Counted from the whole stretch's first letter, positions 49,567 to 61,936 are shown. The stretch: DNA of 63,959 nucleotides, filler included, from Vicugna vicugna (GCA_013265495.1; 74 parts of 74 records of this genome joined end to end with filler, not necessarily neighbours in it), one strand, 5' to 3'. Translations and numbers: made by a program. Notes: a model not told the origin generated them from the letters alone.

Positions 49567-52500
49567 NNNNNNNNNNNNNNNNNNNNNNNNNNNNNNNNNN
49601 NNNNNNNNNNTTAATTAATTAANNNNNNNNNNNNNNNNNNNNNNNNNNNNNNNNNNNNNNNNNNNNATGTTTCTGCCAGTATCAGCGAGGTTCAATAAGT
49701 CTCATGAATGAATTTTGAGCCTGGTATCCCCTACAGCTGTCTCCACGCCAGTATTCCCCATTGTAGAAGAATATCTCTCATCCATGTGTACGCAACTCTC
49801 CTCAATCCATGCAGCAAGTTTTTTGGCCATCTTCTCTTCGTGTCTCCACTAAAGTCAACTTCACCAGGACTGGGCAAGTCTGAAAGTACCTCGGAGCCTC
49901 ACCAGTAAGCTGATGACAGGCAGATCTTCCACTGTCTGCCCTTTCAGGTTCTGGAAACTGACCTGTGAACTCAGGTCTTTGGGCAGNNNNNNNNNNNNNN
50001 NNNNNNNNNNNNNNNNNNNNNNNNNNNNNNNNNNNNNNNNNNNNNNNNNNNNNNNNNNNNNNNNNNNNNNNNNNNNNNNNNNNNNNNNNNNNNNNNNNNN
50101 NNNNNNNNNNNNNNNNNNNNNNNNNNNNNNNNACACCAACATTCCACCTGGAATCCAACCGCTAACTGCCATCCCCAATGGCTGCTGCATCTTGTCAGTG
50201 TTGGCTGAGGGTCTGCATCCTACGAGATGTTCCTAATTTAAATGTGATTCTACCCACTAGCGTCCCATGGAACTTTCTTTTTCCCTGTTTCCTTATGTTC
50301 AGTTCTCTATGCACAGTACCAATGGATGGAAGTGTGTCCCTTATCAGTTGATGGTTTCACACGTCTTTAAACTTTCTAACAGTTCACAGTACACAGGGAC
50401 CCACTAAAGGAGACTTATGTTCCTATAATATCCGTACACCCGGAATACATATGCGTCGCCTGATTTCTGCTGAAACACCCGCACTCTCAGGACATGGATC
50501 CATTTGTTCCATGGGTGCTGAAATTCCAAGAAATGAAACCAACACCAATGTGCATTTTACTGTCTGNNNNNNNNNNNNNNNNNNNNNNNNNNNNNNNNNN
50601 NNNNNNNNNNTTAATTAATTAANNNNNNNNNNNNNNNNNNNNNNNNNNNNNNNNNNNNNNNNNNNNAAAGGAAAATGCCCACGTGTGGATGAGAAAGGTC
50701 AGGGGACTGCAGGAACCGGATTCCAGCATGATGATGCAGACTGTGTGATGGCTGTTAGCAGAGGTTGGACCAAGGCTGTGCAGGGCTCTGACCCCTAGGG
50801 CAGGGGATCCCATGAACTGGGCATCCAACAGCTGAGCAGATGGGACTGGCTGAGCCGGGGAGGCCGAGCTCAGAATTTTGGGCTGCCAAGGGGTAACAGT
50901 GTGCAGATCGGGCTAATAAAGAAAAGGGGCTTCACCAGAGAGAGGCTCTGTGGGTCTCCCCAGGGAGCCTTCCATACACACGATTATCAAGTGCAGGGCA
51001 AGCTGTGGGTCACAGGGTGCTGTGGGCCTGGCAGGGATTCTGGAGGTCACCCTGTGCCGGTGGGGATCTCACACGGTGAGCACAGAGGCCCCTCCGTGGA
51101 GTGTGTGGGACTCAGTGAATGTCCCGGGAACCAGGCTCTGGAGGTCGGGCTAACTTAACACTTCTGCAGTATTCTCAGTGCGTGATCCGAGAACTCCTGG
51201 GTTTTCCAGGACCCATCCAGGGAGTCAGCGAGGTCACACTAATGCACAGCAGTGATAGTGATGATGGCGATGATAACAGATGTTTGTCCTCTGTGACCGT
51301 GTTGGCACCTGGAGTTGCGTCTNNNNNNNNNNNNNNNNNNNNNNNNNNNNNNNNNNNNNNNNNNNNTTAATTAATTAANNNNNNNNNNNNNNNNNNNNNN
51401 NNNNNNNNNNNNNNNNNNNNNNGGCTCACAGTCAAATGGGCGCCTGCTCCAGACTGAGGTTCACTGGAGCTCTGGTTTTAAAAGCCTTTATTAGCTTTCA
51501 AAGCTTTTCAATATCATCTTCTCTTTTTGAAGATTTTTCTTAATTCCAGAAATCATTTCCATTCATCCTGCGTGGCTCTCTCAATATAGTCTACTGATTT
51601 ACTTAATAACATGCATATTGTAGACACCATCATTTTTTATTTCTATTTGGAGAGGGCTTTCTGTCTAGTGATAAATCAAATCTCAAGCACACAAGCTTTA
51701 CATATAAAAATGTTATTTTCCATTTCTTAAAAGGACGTTAAAGCTACATACAAAACCATCTTCTTAAACAACTGCTAACACACAGACCACAGCTCTGTTC
51801 CCTATTCCCTCGCGCTGATACAGCTAGAAGAAATACATCACTAACTCCCTTTAGTTTCCCTCAAAGAGACATTATTTGTAGGGGAAACCTGCACACGCTG
51901 GAGTTTAGAAAACCTCTCTCTTCCTCACTAACCTGAAGCCATCTGGGAAGGTTACTGAAGCGAGAAGGAGATCCCACAGCAAAGCATCACAGGACTTAAC
52001 TCTTGGCTCCAAACTACTTCCTTGCTGACTATTAGAAATTAAACCTTATTCTAACTAAACCTAAAATGTCGGTTGAAAATGCATGGNNNNNNNNNNNNNN
52101 NNNNNNNNNNNNNNNNNNNNNNNNNNNNNNTTAATTAATTAANNNNNNNNNNNNNNNNNNNNNNNNNNNNNNNNNNNNNNNNNNNNTAAATTTAGAATCT
52201 GAATGCAAATTTAGTTAATAATCCCAAATGATTTTAAGAAAAAATCTGAAACGTGATCCTAAATTTCTTTCAGAAATATACACAAATACACAAATAAAAT
52301 AATGAGGAGGGATGTTTGAATTGGTAGCATTAGGGACATCCTGGAAAAGGATAAAATAGGACCAACTTAAGGAGGTATTAATCTATGGTCATGGAAACAG
52401 TATAGAAATANNNNNNNNNNNNNNNNNNNNNNNNNNNNNNNNNNNNNNNNNNNNNNNNNNNNNNNNNNNNNNNNNNNNNNNNNNNNNNNNNNNNNNNNNN

Positions 52501-53889
52501 NNNNNNNNNNNNNNNNNNNNNNNNNNNNNNNNNNNNNNNNNNNNNNNNNNNNNNNNNNNNNNNNNNNNNNNNNNNNNNNNNNNNNNNNNNNNNNNNNNNN
52601 NNNNNNNNNNNNNNNNNNNNNNNNNNNNNNNNNNNNNNNNNNNNNNNNNNNNNNNNNNNNNNNNNNNNNNNNNNNNNNNNNNNNNNNNNNNNNNNNNNNN
52701 NNNNNNNNNNNNNNNNNNNNNNNNNNNNNNNNNNNNNNNNNNNNNNNNNNNNNNNNNNNNNNNNNNNNNNNNNNNNNNNNNNNNNNNNNNNNNNNNNNNN
52801 NNNNNNNNNNNNNNNNNNNNNNNNNNNNNNNNNNNNNNNNNNNNNNNNNNNNNNNNNNNNNNNNNNNGGTGACTCCTGCTCAGGACCCTGCATCCCCCAC
52901 GGCCCTCACCGCGGCGGTGAGACAGGAGCTACACTGCCGGTGGCTGCGTGTTTCAAACCAGTGGGCATTTTCAGCTNNNNNNNNNNNNNNNNNNNNNNNN
53001 NNNNNNNNNNNNNNNNNNNNTTAATTAATTAANNNNNNNNNNNNNNNNNNNNNNNNNNNNNNNNNNNNNNNNNNNNTTAGTTTTTAAAAGTTATCAGTAG
53101 TTTCCACTGTCTTAGGAAGTTCCCCCACCCCGGGCATAAATGTAACCAAAATTTAACTTCCTAGCATTTAGTGTTTGGTTTTGTCTGCATACCTGTCTCT
53201 ATCTTATATTAATTCCAAAAGTCAAAAGTGATTGTAGAATGTAAAAAATAAAAATGTATTTTAAAAATTTAACTGGAAAAAAGTCAGAGACCACAATTAT
53301 CCTAATTTGGAAAGACTAAGAAGGAAAATGAAAAAAGAAGAAAAGTTGAACTCTATCAAAGATATACTGTGTTGTTATTAACGAGCTTCATACAGCTCCT
53401 TCATGAAGCAAAGAAAACAAACACAATATATTATAAGAGACAGAAATTCTGTACTGCAGTCTTCATTGTACCACTTAATCTGTATAACTAAATATATTAA
53501 ATTTCAGAAATAAAGGGCAATTTATAATCTAATCCTGTGGTTTTTAAACTTTTCATAAAAAATAAATGGAATCATTTTGTTTCCAAATGAAGTGATTTCT
53601 CAATCTCCAATTCTAAAAAGGTAAAAACACAACTGCACTGCGGAAGTGGAAGCCCTATCTGTTCTAGCTACCCTAACAAGTATTTCTAAAACACACTAGA
53701 AATCTGAAGAATACAGACTATTTCAAGAATCTAATTTGGTGCCCTCAAAGAGCAGAAAATTGAAGTTAAGAAGTAGTTAAATGNNNNNNNNNNNNNNNNN
53801 NNNNNNNNNNNNNNNNNNNNNNNNNNNTTAATTAATTAANNNNNNNNNNNNNNNNNNNNNNNNNNNNNNNNNNNNNNNNNNNNAATATC

Positions 53890-54033
53890 AATGCGATAGC
53901 CATCTCATGGCTACCCTGGAACTGGATTATCCAACATCAGGCAAGGTTCACATCTGTAATCCAGCCAAGACCTGACTGCAACTTATGAGAGACCCTAAGC
54001 CAGAACTGCCCATCCAAGCTACTCCTGAACTCC
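53890..54033 (+). mobile_element. MaLR LTR remnant (MLT1-like)
   Basis: CTGACTGCAACTTATGAGAGACCCTAAGCCAGAACTGCCCATCCAAGCTACTCCTGAACTCC is a characteristic MLT1 motif. Confidence 0.75.
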
Positions 54034-54039
54034 CTTTTC

Positions 54040-54983
54040 TTTTCTTTCACTTTAAAATTTTACTGTGATAAGTACTTCATATAAAATCTATCTATTAACC
54101 TATTTTTAAGTGGACAATACAGTATGATTATCTATGGCACAACGTGTACAGTCAGTCTCTAGAATGTATTCATGTTGCATAACTGAAATTTTATACCCAT
54201 TGATTAGCAACTTTCTGTCCTCCCTGCCCTCAGTACCTGGCCACTACAATTGTATTCTTTGGTTTCGTGAGTTTGATTTTATGATCTGCTTTACATACCA
54301 CATATAAGTAGAATCATTCAGCATTTGTCCTTCTGTGACTGGCTTATTTCACTTAGCGTAATTCCCTCCAGGTTCCTTCATGTTGTTGAGCATGGAAAGA
54401 TTTTCTTCCTTTTTAAGACTGAAAAATATTCCATTCTCTGTACATATCACTTTTTTATCCATNNNNNNNNNNNNNNNNNNNNNNNNNNNNNNNNNNNNNN
54501 NNNNNNNNNNNNNNNNNNNNNNNNNNNNNNNNNNNNNNNNNNNNNNNNNNNNNNNNNNNNNNNNNNNNNNNNNNNNNNNNNNNNNNNNNNNNNNNNNNNN
54601 NNNNNNNNNNNNNNNNNNNNNNNNNNNNNNNNNNNNNNNNNNNNNNNNNNNNNNNNNNNNNNNNNNNNNNNNNNNNNNNNNNNNNNNNNNNNNNNNNNNN
54701 NNNNNNNNNNNNNNNNNNNNNNNNNNNNNNNNNNNNNNCTCACTGTATTTTTTGTATGCATCTCTTTGATGATAGTGACATCAAGTATCTTTTCATATAC
54801 CACTTTGCCATTTGCATGTCTTCTTTGCGAAAGTGTCTGTTTAGATCCTTTGCCCATTTCTAAACTGGGCTATTTGTTATTTTACTATTGAATTGTATGA
54901 GCTCCTTAAAATATTTTAGATATTAATCCCTCATCTAATTTGCAAATACGTTCTTCTGTTCTACAGGTTGCCTTTTCACCTGG
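54040..54983 (-). mobile_element. L1MA-type 3' UTR and ORF2 end
   Basis: TTGTCCTTCTGTGACTGGCTTATTTCACTTAGC, and minus-strand MGKGSKQTLSQRRHANG resembling the L1 ORF2 end. Confidence 0.9.
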
Positions 54984-55550
54984 NNNNNNNNNNNNNNNNN
55001 NNNNNNNNNNNNNNNNNNNNNNNNNNNTTAATTAATTAANNNNNNNNNNNNNNNNNNNNNNNNNNNNNNNNNNNNNNNNNNNNTCACGCCTGTATCTTCA
55101 CCACATAGCCCCCTGCTGTTAAGGCAGTGTTTTTTTTTCCTTTTCTTTATCCCATCCTATTTCTTCTTTATACTGAGTAGCAGATGATGTAACCTGCTCT
55201 AACACAGTGGGAAATCTCTGGAAGAGGGTGCTACAAGATAGCACCCCAATATGTAATACATCCCCAGCTTGTAAAGGGGATGCTGAGGGCTACCGGGCAT
55301 GGCTGTCCAGCTCGCCGTCCTGCAGGGTGATGCCGTTTGCATCCAAGAAACTGGGTCCGGATCCAGTATTCAACTGTACTGTGTGGCTAGACCGTTGAAG
55401 CTCATTATTTCCTGCACGTTATTTGCTACACAAACAGAATTCGTTTGTCTGTTTTCCTACCTGATCATGTCTCTGGAACATCTTTCCTGATCAGCGGTGG
55501 TGACGTGATCTGGAAGCCGCCTCTCTTGAATAAAAATCCTGCTGAATAAC

Positions 55551-55644
55551 GATGGCCATTCTGACCGGCATGACGTGATAACCTCATTGTAGTTTTGACT
55601 TGCGTTTCTCTGATCATTAGCACTACTGGGCACTTTTTCATGTG
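55551..55644 (-). mobile_element. L1 ORF2 3' fragment
   Basis: GATGGCCATTCTGACCGG..TGA.GTGATA.CCTCATTGTAGTTTTGACTTGC.TTTCTCTGAT.ATTAG. Confidence 0.85.
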
Positions 55645-55744
55645 NNNNNNNNNNNNNNNNNNNNNNNNNNNNNNNNNNNNNNNNNNNNTTAATTAATTAA
55701 NNNNNNNNNNNNNNNNNNNNNNNNNNNNNNNNNNNNNNNNNNNN

Positions 55745-56009
55745 TGTATTGTATATTCTAAATTCTGTGTTTGCATTCCATGGTCTAAAGTCTGGGTTCT
55801 GTATTCTGATTTCCATATTCTTATTCTGTGTTCTATATTCTATATTTTGCATACTGTATTCAGTATACTGTATTTTATATTCTAAATTCTGTGTTCTGCA
55901 TTCCATGTACTAAATTCTGGGTTCTATATTCTGTATACTATACTCTAAATTCTGTGTTCTGCATTCTGTATTCTAAATTCTATATTTAGTATTCTGCATT
56001 CTATATTCT
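55745..56009 (-). repeat. Satellite D
   Basis: ATATTCT heptamer array. Confidence 0.95.
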
Positions 56010-56735
56010 NNNNNNNNNNNNNNNNNNNNNNNNNNNNNNNNNNNNNNNNNNNNTTAATTAATTAANNNNNNNNNNNNNNNNNNNNNNNNNNNNNNNNNNN
56101 NNNNNNNNNGGCGCACAGGGAGGGGTGCAGAGGTGAGGTCCTAGCCGCGCGTCCCTTTAGGACACTGAGGCGGGTCCCAGTCGTCGCTGTGGTTCGTGGT
56201 AACCCCGCTAATACTAGTTCCTGAACCGCCCGTTTTTGCCGCCGCTTATACCCGTGTTTAGGAGAGCAGGTACAGCTCCGGGAGGTGGGAGGGCGCCGGA
56301 CGGCTCCAGAGCATCTCCGACTGGCCCTCAGACCATGGCCTGCTCCTGGGAGGCGGGTGCGGTGCGGTCGCGGGGCCTCGGATGGAATNNNNNNNNNNNN
56401 NNNNNNNNNNNNNNNNNNNNNNNNNNNNNNNNNNNNNNNNNNNNNNNNNNNNNNNNNNNNNNNNNNNNNNNNNNNNNNNNNNNNNNGTCAGGCTGCTCCT
56501 GGGAGGTGGGCGCAGTGCGATCAGTGTGCTGGGATGGCTGCAGCAGCAGCGGGAAATGGTTGCTACCCGTGCGCTCTCACAAGGCAGCACCAATCACGCC
56601 ATTGCAGCCGCCGCNNNNNNNNNNNNNNNNNNNNNNNNNNNNNNNNNNNNNNNNNNNNTTAATTAATTAANNNNNNNNNNNNNNNNNNNNNNNNNNNNNN
56701 NNNNNNNNNNNNNNTGCCAGAGGATCAGTCCATAC

Positions 56736-56943
56736 CAGGTCTTCCAACCTTGGTGCGGTCGACACGTGGAGGCTTTTCCCATTGTGGTAAGGTGCGATCC
56801 TGAGCATTGTGGAATCCCAGCACCCTTCGCTTCTACTCGCTAGATCCCAGTAGCAATCCCTCCCTAACTGTGGCAAATAAAACTGTCTTCAATACGGCTG
56901 AATATGCCTTGGCAGGAAAATCACCCTCAGTTGAGAACCACTG
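56736..56943 (-). mobile_element. MER20-like hAT DNA transposon
   Basis: Ends AAAATCACCCTCAGTTGAGAACCACTG, internal CTAGATCCCAGTAGCA, ~208 bp long. Confidence 0.85.
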
Positions 56944-57323
56944 AAAATCCTGGAACAAACAAACATTTTATGATTAGTTGATTGCCTGAGCCTTGTACCT
57001 TTAAAAGTGAGCTACATTCACTTTTGTGAATCAAACATCAATACATGCGAGTCATAGTCATGTAAACTGTTATTAATTATCCAGAACTCTCCTTATCATT
57101 AAAGTTGCTGTGTTCAACCCAGCTCTTGGCATTTGGCTTTGTTTACTATTTTCAATCCTTCTAACCAAATGTTTGCCAAGTTTCTCTAAGAGTATGTATT
57201 GATTTATTCTATTGATGGCATCAATTGATGACCTCCTTAAAATCCATACTGTTTGCAATCTGAGTTTACAGCTTCCCCTAACAAGACAGAGTGGCTATAT
57301 TCTCTTCACTTGAATCTGGATTG

Positions 57324-57478
57324 GTAAAAGTGTCACTATATGCAGATGAAATGATTCTATGTATTGAAAACCCTAAAAGGTCCACATAAAAACTGCTAGA
57401 GCCGAATGAAGCTTTCAGAAAGGTAGCAGGTTCCAAGATTAATGTACAAAAATCTGTTGCATTTCTTTACACTAATGA
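57324..57478 (+). mobile_element. L1 ORF2 RT fragment
   Basis: [50 protein letters not shown] (YADD region). Confidence 0.92.
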
Positions 57479-57578
57479 NNNNNNNNNNNNNNNNNNNNNN
57501 NNNNNNNNNNNNNNNNNNNNNNTTAATTAATTAANNNNNNNNNNNNNNNNNNNNNNNNNNNNNNNNNNNNNNNNNNNN

Positions 57579-58211
57579 TAGATTTCAATGACAACGATGG
57601 GGGGGTCATCTAGGAACTCATGAGCTTCCCCACAGCACTCAAGGGTGTTGAACACCAGCACCTGGTCCCAGGTGGGGCAAATTCCCCACAGCACTCAAGG
57701 GTGTTGAACACCAGCACCTGGTCCCAGGCGGGGCATAGGGTCTCATTCAGCACCTGTAGCTCAGGGCGGGGGGAATGGATAATCAGTGGTGGTGGGTGGG
57801 CACATACCCAAGCAGGACTCACCCCCAGTCACTGTGGTTTCCAGGGCGCTCGGGGGCAGGACGGACATATCCCCTGACTCTTCTGGGAATCTTAAAATGA
57901 AGGTTGATGTGAGGTCTACTCCTGACCCTGTTCCCTCAGCCCCTACCAGGTCTTCCCTGTCCTCCATACAGAATGTAAGCACATTAAAGCCTCCACCATG
58001 TGGCCCGGGTCCCCAGGTATCTGCCAGGCTTCCCTCTGTGGGTCTCGGGTGCTGGCTGATCTGTCTCCCCAGACCCCAGAAGCTCACAGAAACTCACCTC
58101 TGTGCACTGACTCTAGTTGATAAAAAGACTCAGGCGAGGGGCCTGAGAGGCCACTGCAGTCAGCTGCACAGAGGCTCCGAGCCTGGTACCTGAGGGCGTG
58201 GGGCTGGAAGG
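57579..58211 (-). pseudogene. OTOF: Unprocessed otoferlin-like pseudogene fragment: exon 58211-58098, intron 58097-57754, exon 57753-57579 (C2 domain)
   Basis: Exon 1 reads FQPHALRYQARSLCAADCSGLSGP[-1]A*VF[-1]IN*SQCTE|gtgagt against recalled OTOF [38 protein letters not shown]. Exon 2 reads cag|[24 protein letters not shown][56-bp dup][15 protein letters not shown] against [39 protein letters not shown]. Confidence 0.93.
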
Positions 58212-59187
58212 NNNNNNNNNNNNNNNNNNNNNNNNNNNNNNNNNNNNNNNNNNNNTTAATTAATTAANNNNNNNNNNNNNNNNNNNNNNNNNNNNNNNNN
58301 NNNNNNNNNNNCCGGGCCCCCTGGAGAAGCAGGTCTTCTCCCCGCTGTCAGGGGAGAATCAGCCGCTGCCACCCGACGGCCCGGGCACGGATTACGCAGC
58401 ACTAACTCGGGCGTCTTTGCTTGTCACCGTCCCCTCGCTGTCCCTTCTTGGAAAAGGGATGCTCCTCTCCGGCCGGCAGCCTGCCCGCGTGCCCCCCTCT
58501 GTTCTGAGCTGGCAGGATGACGAACAGCTCCATCTCGCCGCCTCTGCTCGAGCGGCTCCGGGCTGTCATTTGCTCACTTCCCCCCTGGTTTCCTTCCATC
58601 CTCTCTGGAACTGCACAGAGATTGGTTGTCTGGTCATTGAGATTGCTTTACAAGGTGTCGCTCATCGCATTGAGTTCCGTTAATTTTCGGCTCTCCCTGA
58701 ATACCCAGAGCAGTAACTGCCTGCTGGTGAGGGAGCAGGGGAGCCAGGGTCCCCGCACCTACACAGGTGCGCACACACGTGCACACACAGACACGTGGGC
58801 AAATTTTTTTTAATAGAATGACAACCTCAGAAAAACAGACTTCAGACGTTTTCTGGATGTCCTTCCCTAGGGTGAACTTTGACAGGAACCCAAGAAGATG
58901 GTGTTTCCTCTCCCCAGGGCACATATGGGAAATTGGATCCCCGAAAATTCCTTTAACCGGAATATTCTTGAAGCCTCTCTGAATTACAAGCCATTCACAA
59001 CCATCTATAAGACCATCTGTCTCCCCATCCAACACTCTCTTGGCACCTGCTCCACGCTCAGGCTCCCAGGGCTGTAGGACATTCAGANNNNNNNNNNNNN
59101 NNNNNNNNNNNNNNNNNNNNNNNNNNNNNNNTTAATTAATTAANNNNNNNNNNNNNNNNNNNNNNNNNNNNNNNNNNNNNNNNNNNN

Positions 59188-59650
59188 GCAAGATCTAGTA
59201 GAGATGAAGATGCACATACCCACAGACTAGCAGTTTTGCCACTTAGCATCCTAGAGGGGGATCTCACACGTGTGCGCAAGGAGATATTTATAAGGTTATT
59301 GCAGCACTGTTTATGGTAACTAAAAATTGAAAACTTTAATACACATCAACATAAGAGATAAATTTAGATAGAGCCATACTGTTGAATACTTTATAATACC
59401 TAAAAAAGAATGAACTACAGTTTTCCATGTATCAACACAAATAAATCTCAAAAACTGTTGAAATGTGAAATACAGAAATTCGGAAAAACGTGCAAACCAA
59501 TTGTTTAAGACACGTATGTGTAGTAAAGCTATAAAACTATGGAAGGGAATGAAAACACCAAATTCAGAATAGAATAGCAGTTAGGGGAGGAAGGGAGGAG
59601 AATTGTTTTAGAGAATGTTACACGGGAAGCTTCAATGGTATCTGTTGTTT
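59188..59650 (+). mobile_element. Ancient L1ME-type 3' remnant
   Basis: GAAGATGCACATACCC...ATTGCAGCACTGTTT...AAAAAGAATGAACTACAG...ATCAACA..AATAAATCTCAAAAAC. Confidence 0.7.
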
Positions 59651-60197
59651 AAAAAGATACTGTGGACATTTCCAAACATCTACAAAAGTAGAAAAGACAG
59701 CAAACCACGCTCCCGCGTATCTAGCACCAGCTTCAATAATTATCAGAGAGTTAGCAGACACTTTGACAATCTTATTTCATCTGTTTNNNNNNNNNNNNNN
59801 NNNNNNNNNNNNNNNNNNNNNNNNNNNNNNTTAATTAATTAANNNNNNNNNNNNNNNNNNNNNNNNNNNNNNNNNNNNNNNNNNNNTTTTCTCTGCTAAT
59901 ACATTTCAGTGATGTTTTGAGTTGCAGAACCGACAGACGCAAAACGTAAAAGGTCACATGCGCACCAGCCATAACCACTTAGACGAAACAGACAAACAGG
60001 AGCCGTTCCTTTAACGCTGCGGCTGAAGAAGAACCTCTCTGTGACTGAGAGTGAACCTGGTAAACACACCCACAGAGAAAGTGCCATCATGAGAGCGGGA
60101 ATTTCTGCCTCCCAGGGCGCCAGTGTGAACACACACGTTCTTACACCCACCTGTATACACACCTCCCCTGCTATCTGAGCATCTCTGTCTTACCTAT

Positions 60198-60522
60198 TTT
60201 TAAAAAATTTGTATTAAAGTACAGTCAGTTACAATGTGTCAATTCCTGGTGTCCAGCACAACGTCCCAGTCATGCATATACAGCCATATATTCACTTTCA
60301 TTAAGAGTTATTACAAGGTACTGAACATAGTTCCCTGTGCTATACAGAAGAAATTTATTTTTTTAATCTATTTTTGTACAATTTAATCTATTTTTGTACA
60401 TAGTGGCTAACATTTGTAAATCTCAAACCCCCAGATTTATCCCTTCCCACCCTCTTTCTACCAGTAACCATAAGATTTTTTACTATGTCTGCAAGTCTGT
60501 TTCTATTTTGTAGATGAGTTCA
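60198..60522 (-). mobile_element. L1 3' end
   Basis: ATTAAAGTACAGTCAGTTACAATGTGTCAATT...ATAGTTCCCTGTGCTATACAG...GTCTGTTTCTATTTTGTAGATGAGTTCA. Confidence 0.9.
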
Positions 60523-60622
60523 NNNNNNNNNNNNNNNNNNNNNNNNNNNNNNNNNNNNNNNNNNNNTTAATTAATTAANNNNNNNNNNNNNNNNNNNNNN
60601 NNNNNNNNNNNNNNNNNNNNNN

Positions 60623-61096
60623 CAAGCTAGGTGAAGGAAGGCTTTCACACACACTTATCTTTAAGAAGTGAGCATGTAGAGAGACTTTCGTTTATCCAGC
60701 ACAAACAGAACGGGTTGCAGGGAAACACTGACTCTGGTTTCTCAGTGTGTTTCCTAGTGCCGGTTTGAAGTGCCTGCCGTTTTCACTGTAAAACCGAGTT
60801 GGAACTGTACCTCCCTGTATATATGTATGGAGTGGGGATGGCAACTGAAAAGAAACTTTGTGTTCCCTTCAAGCTAGGTGAAGGAAAGCTTTCACACTCA
60901 CTTATCNNNNNNNNNNNNNNNNNNNNNNNNNNNNNNNNNNNNNNNNNNNNNNNNNNNNNNNNNNNNNNNNNNNNNNNNNNNNNNNNNNNNNNNNNNNNNN
61001 NNNNNNNNNNNNNNNNNCCGTTTTCACTACAAAACCGAGTTAGACCTTCTTCCTCCCCAAATATATGTCTGGAGAGGAGTTGGCAACTGGAAAGAA
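60623..61096 (-). repeat. Satellite E
   Basis: CAAGCTAGGTGAAGGAA at 60623 and 60870. Confidence 0.93.
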
Positions 61097-61196
61097 NNNN
61101 NNNNNNNNNNNNNNNNNNNNNNNNNNNNNNNNNNNNNNNNTTAATTAATTAANNNNNNNNNNNNNNNNNNNNNNNNNNNNNNNNNNNNNNNNNNNN

Positions 61197-61836
61197 TATC
61201 CCAGTGACCGAGGCTGCCTCCCCAAGTCCAGGGAAGCTATTTTTCGGACTTCCGCGAACAGGGAAATCCTGAGAATGAAGAGAGCTGCGTGGAGCTGTCT
61301 GTCGAGCTCCCCCACGCACTGACAATGGTTCCGGAATCCTGAGCGTGGGGAGGTTCCACCAACGGTCGGCAGCGCGTGGGTTCGAACGGAATGCCTAAGC
61401 TCTTCTCCCCTGAGGGTTTTCCTAATGTCTCTGTGCCAGGGAATGCTAGGGTTTATTGCAGGATATCCCAGTGACCGAGGCTGCCTCCCCAAAATCAGGG
61501 AAGGTATTTCTCGGACTTCCCCGAACAGGGAACTCCTGTGACTGAAGAGAGCTGCGTGGAGTTGTCTCTCGAGCTCCTACACACAATGACAACGTTTCCG
61601 GAATCCTGAGTGTGGGGAGGTTCCACCAACGGTCGGCAGCGCGTGGGTTCGAACGGAATGCCTAAGCTCTTCTCCCCTGAGGGTTTTCCTAATGTCTCAC
61701 ACTTCCCCTTACAGGGAACTCCTGTGACTGAAGAGAGTTGCGTGGAGTTGTCTCTCGATCTCCCACATACCCAGACAATGGTTCCGGCATACTGAGGTTG
61801 GGGAGGTTCCACCAACGGTCGGCAGCGCGTGGGTTC
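61197..61836 (+). repeat. Satellite A, last monomer with an 81-bp deletion
   Basis: The period drops to 186 between 61621 and 61807. Confidence 0.95.
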
Positions 61837-61936
61837 NNNNNNNNNNNNNNNNNNNNNNNNNNNNNNNNNNNNNNNNNNNNTTAATTAATTAANNNNNNNN
61901 NNNNNNNNNNNNNNNNNNNNNNNNNNNNNNNNNNNN

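Noticed and set aside
58402..59035. Cluster of ORFs next to the OTOF relic
   Set aside because: It lies on a separate scaffold beyond a spacer and shows no ferlin or other recognisable similarity.
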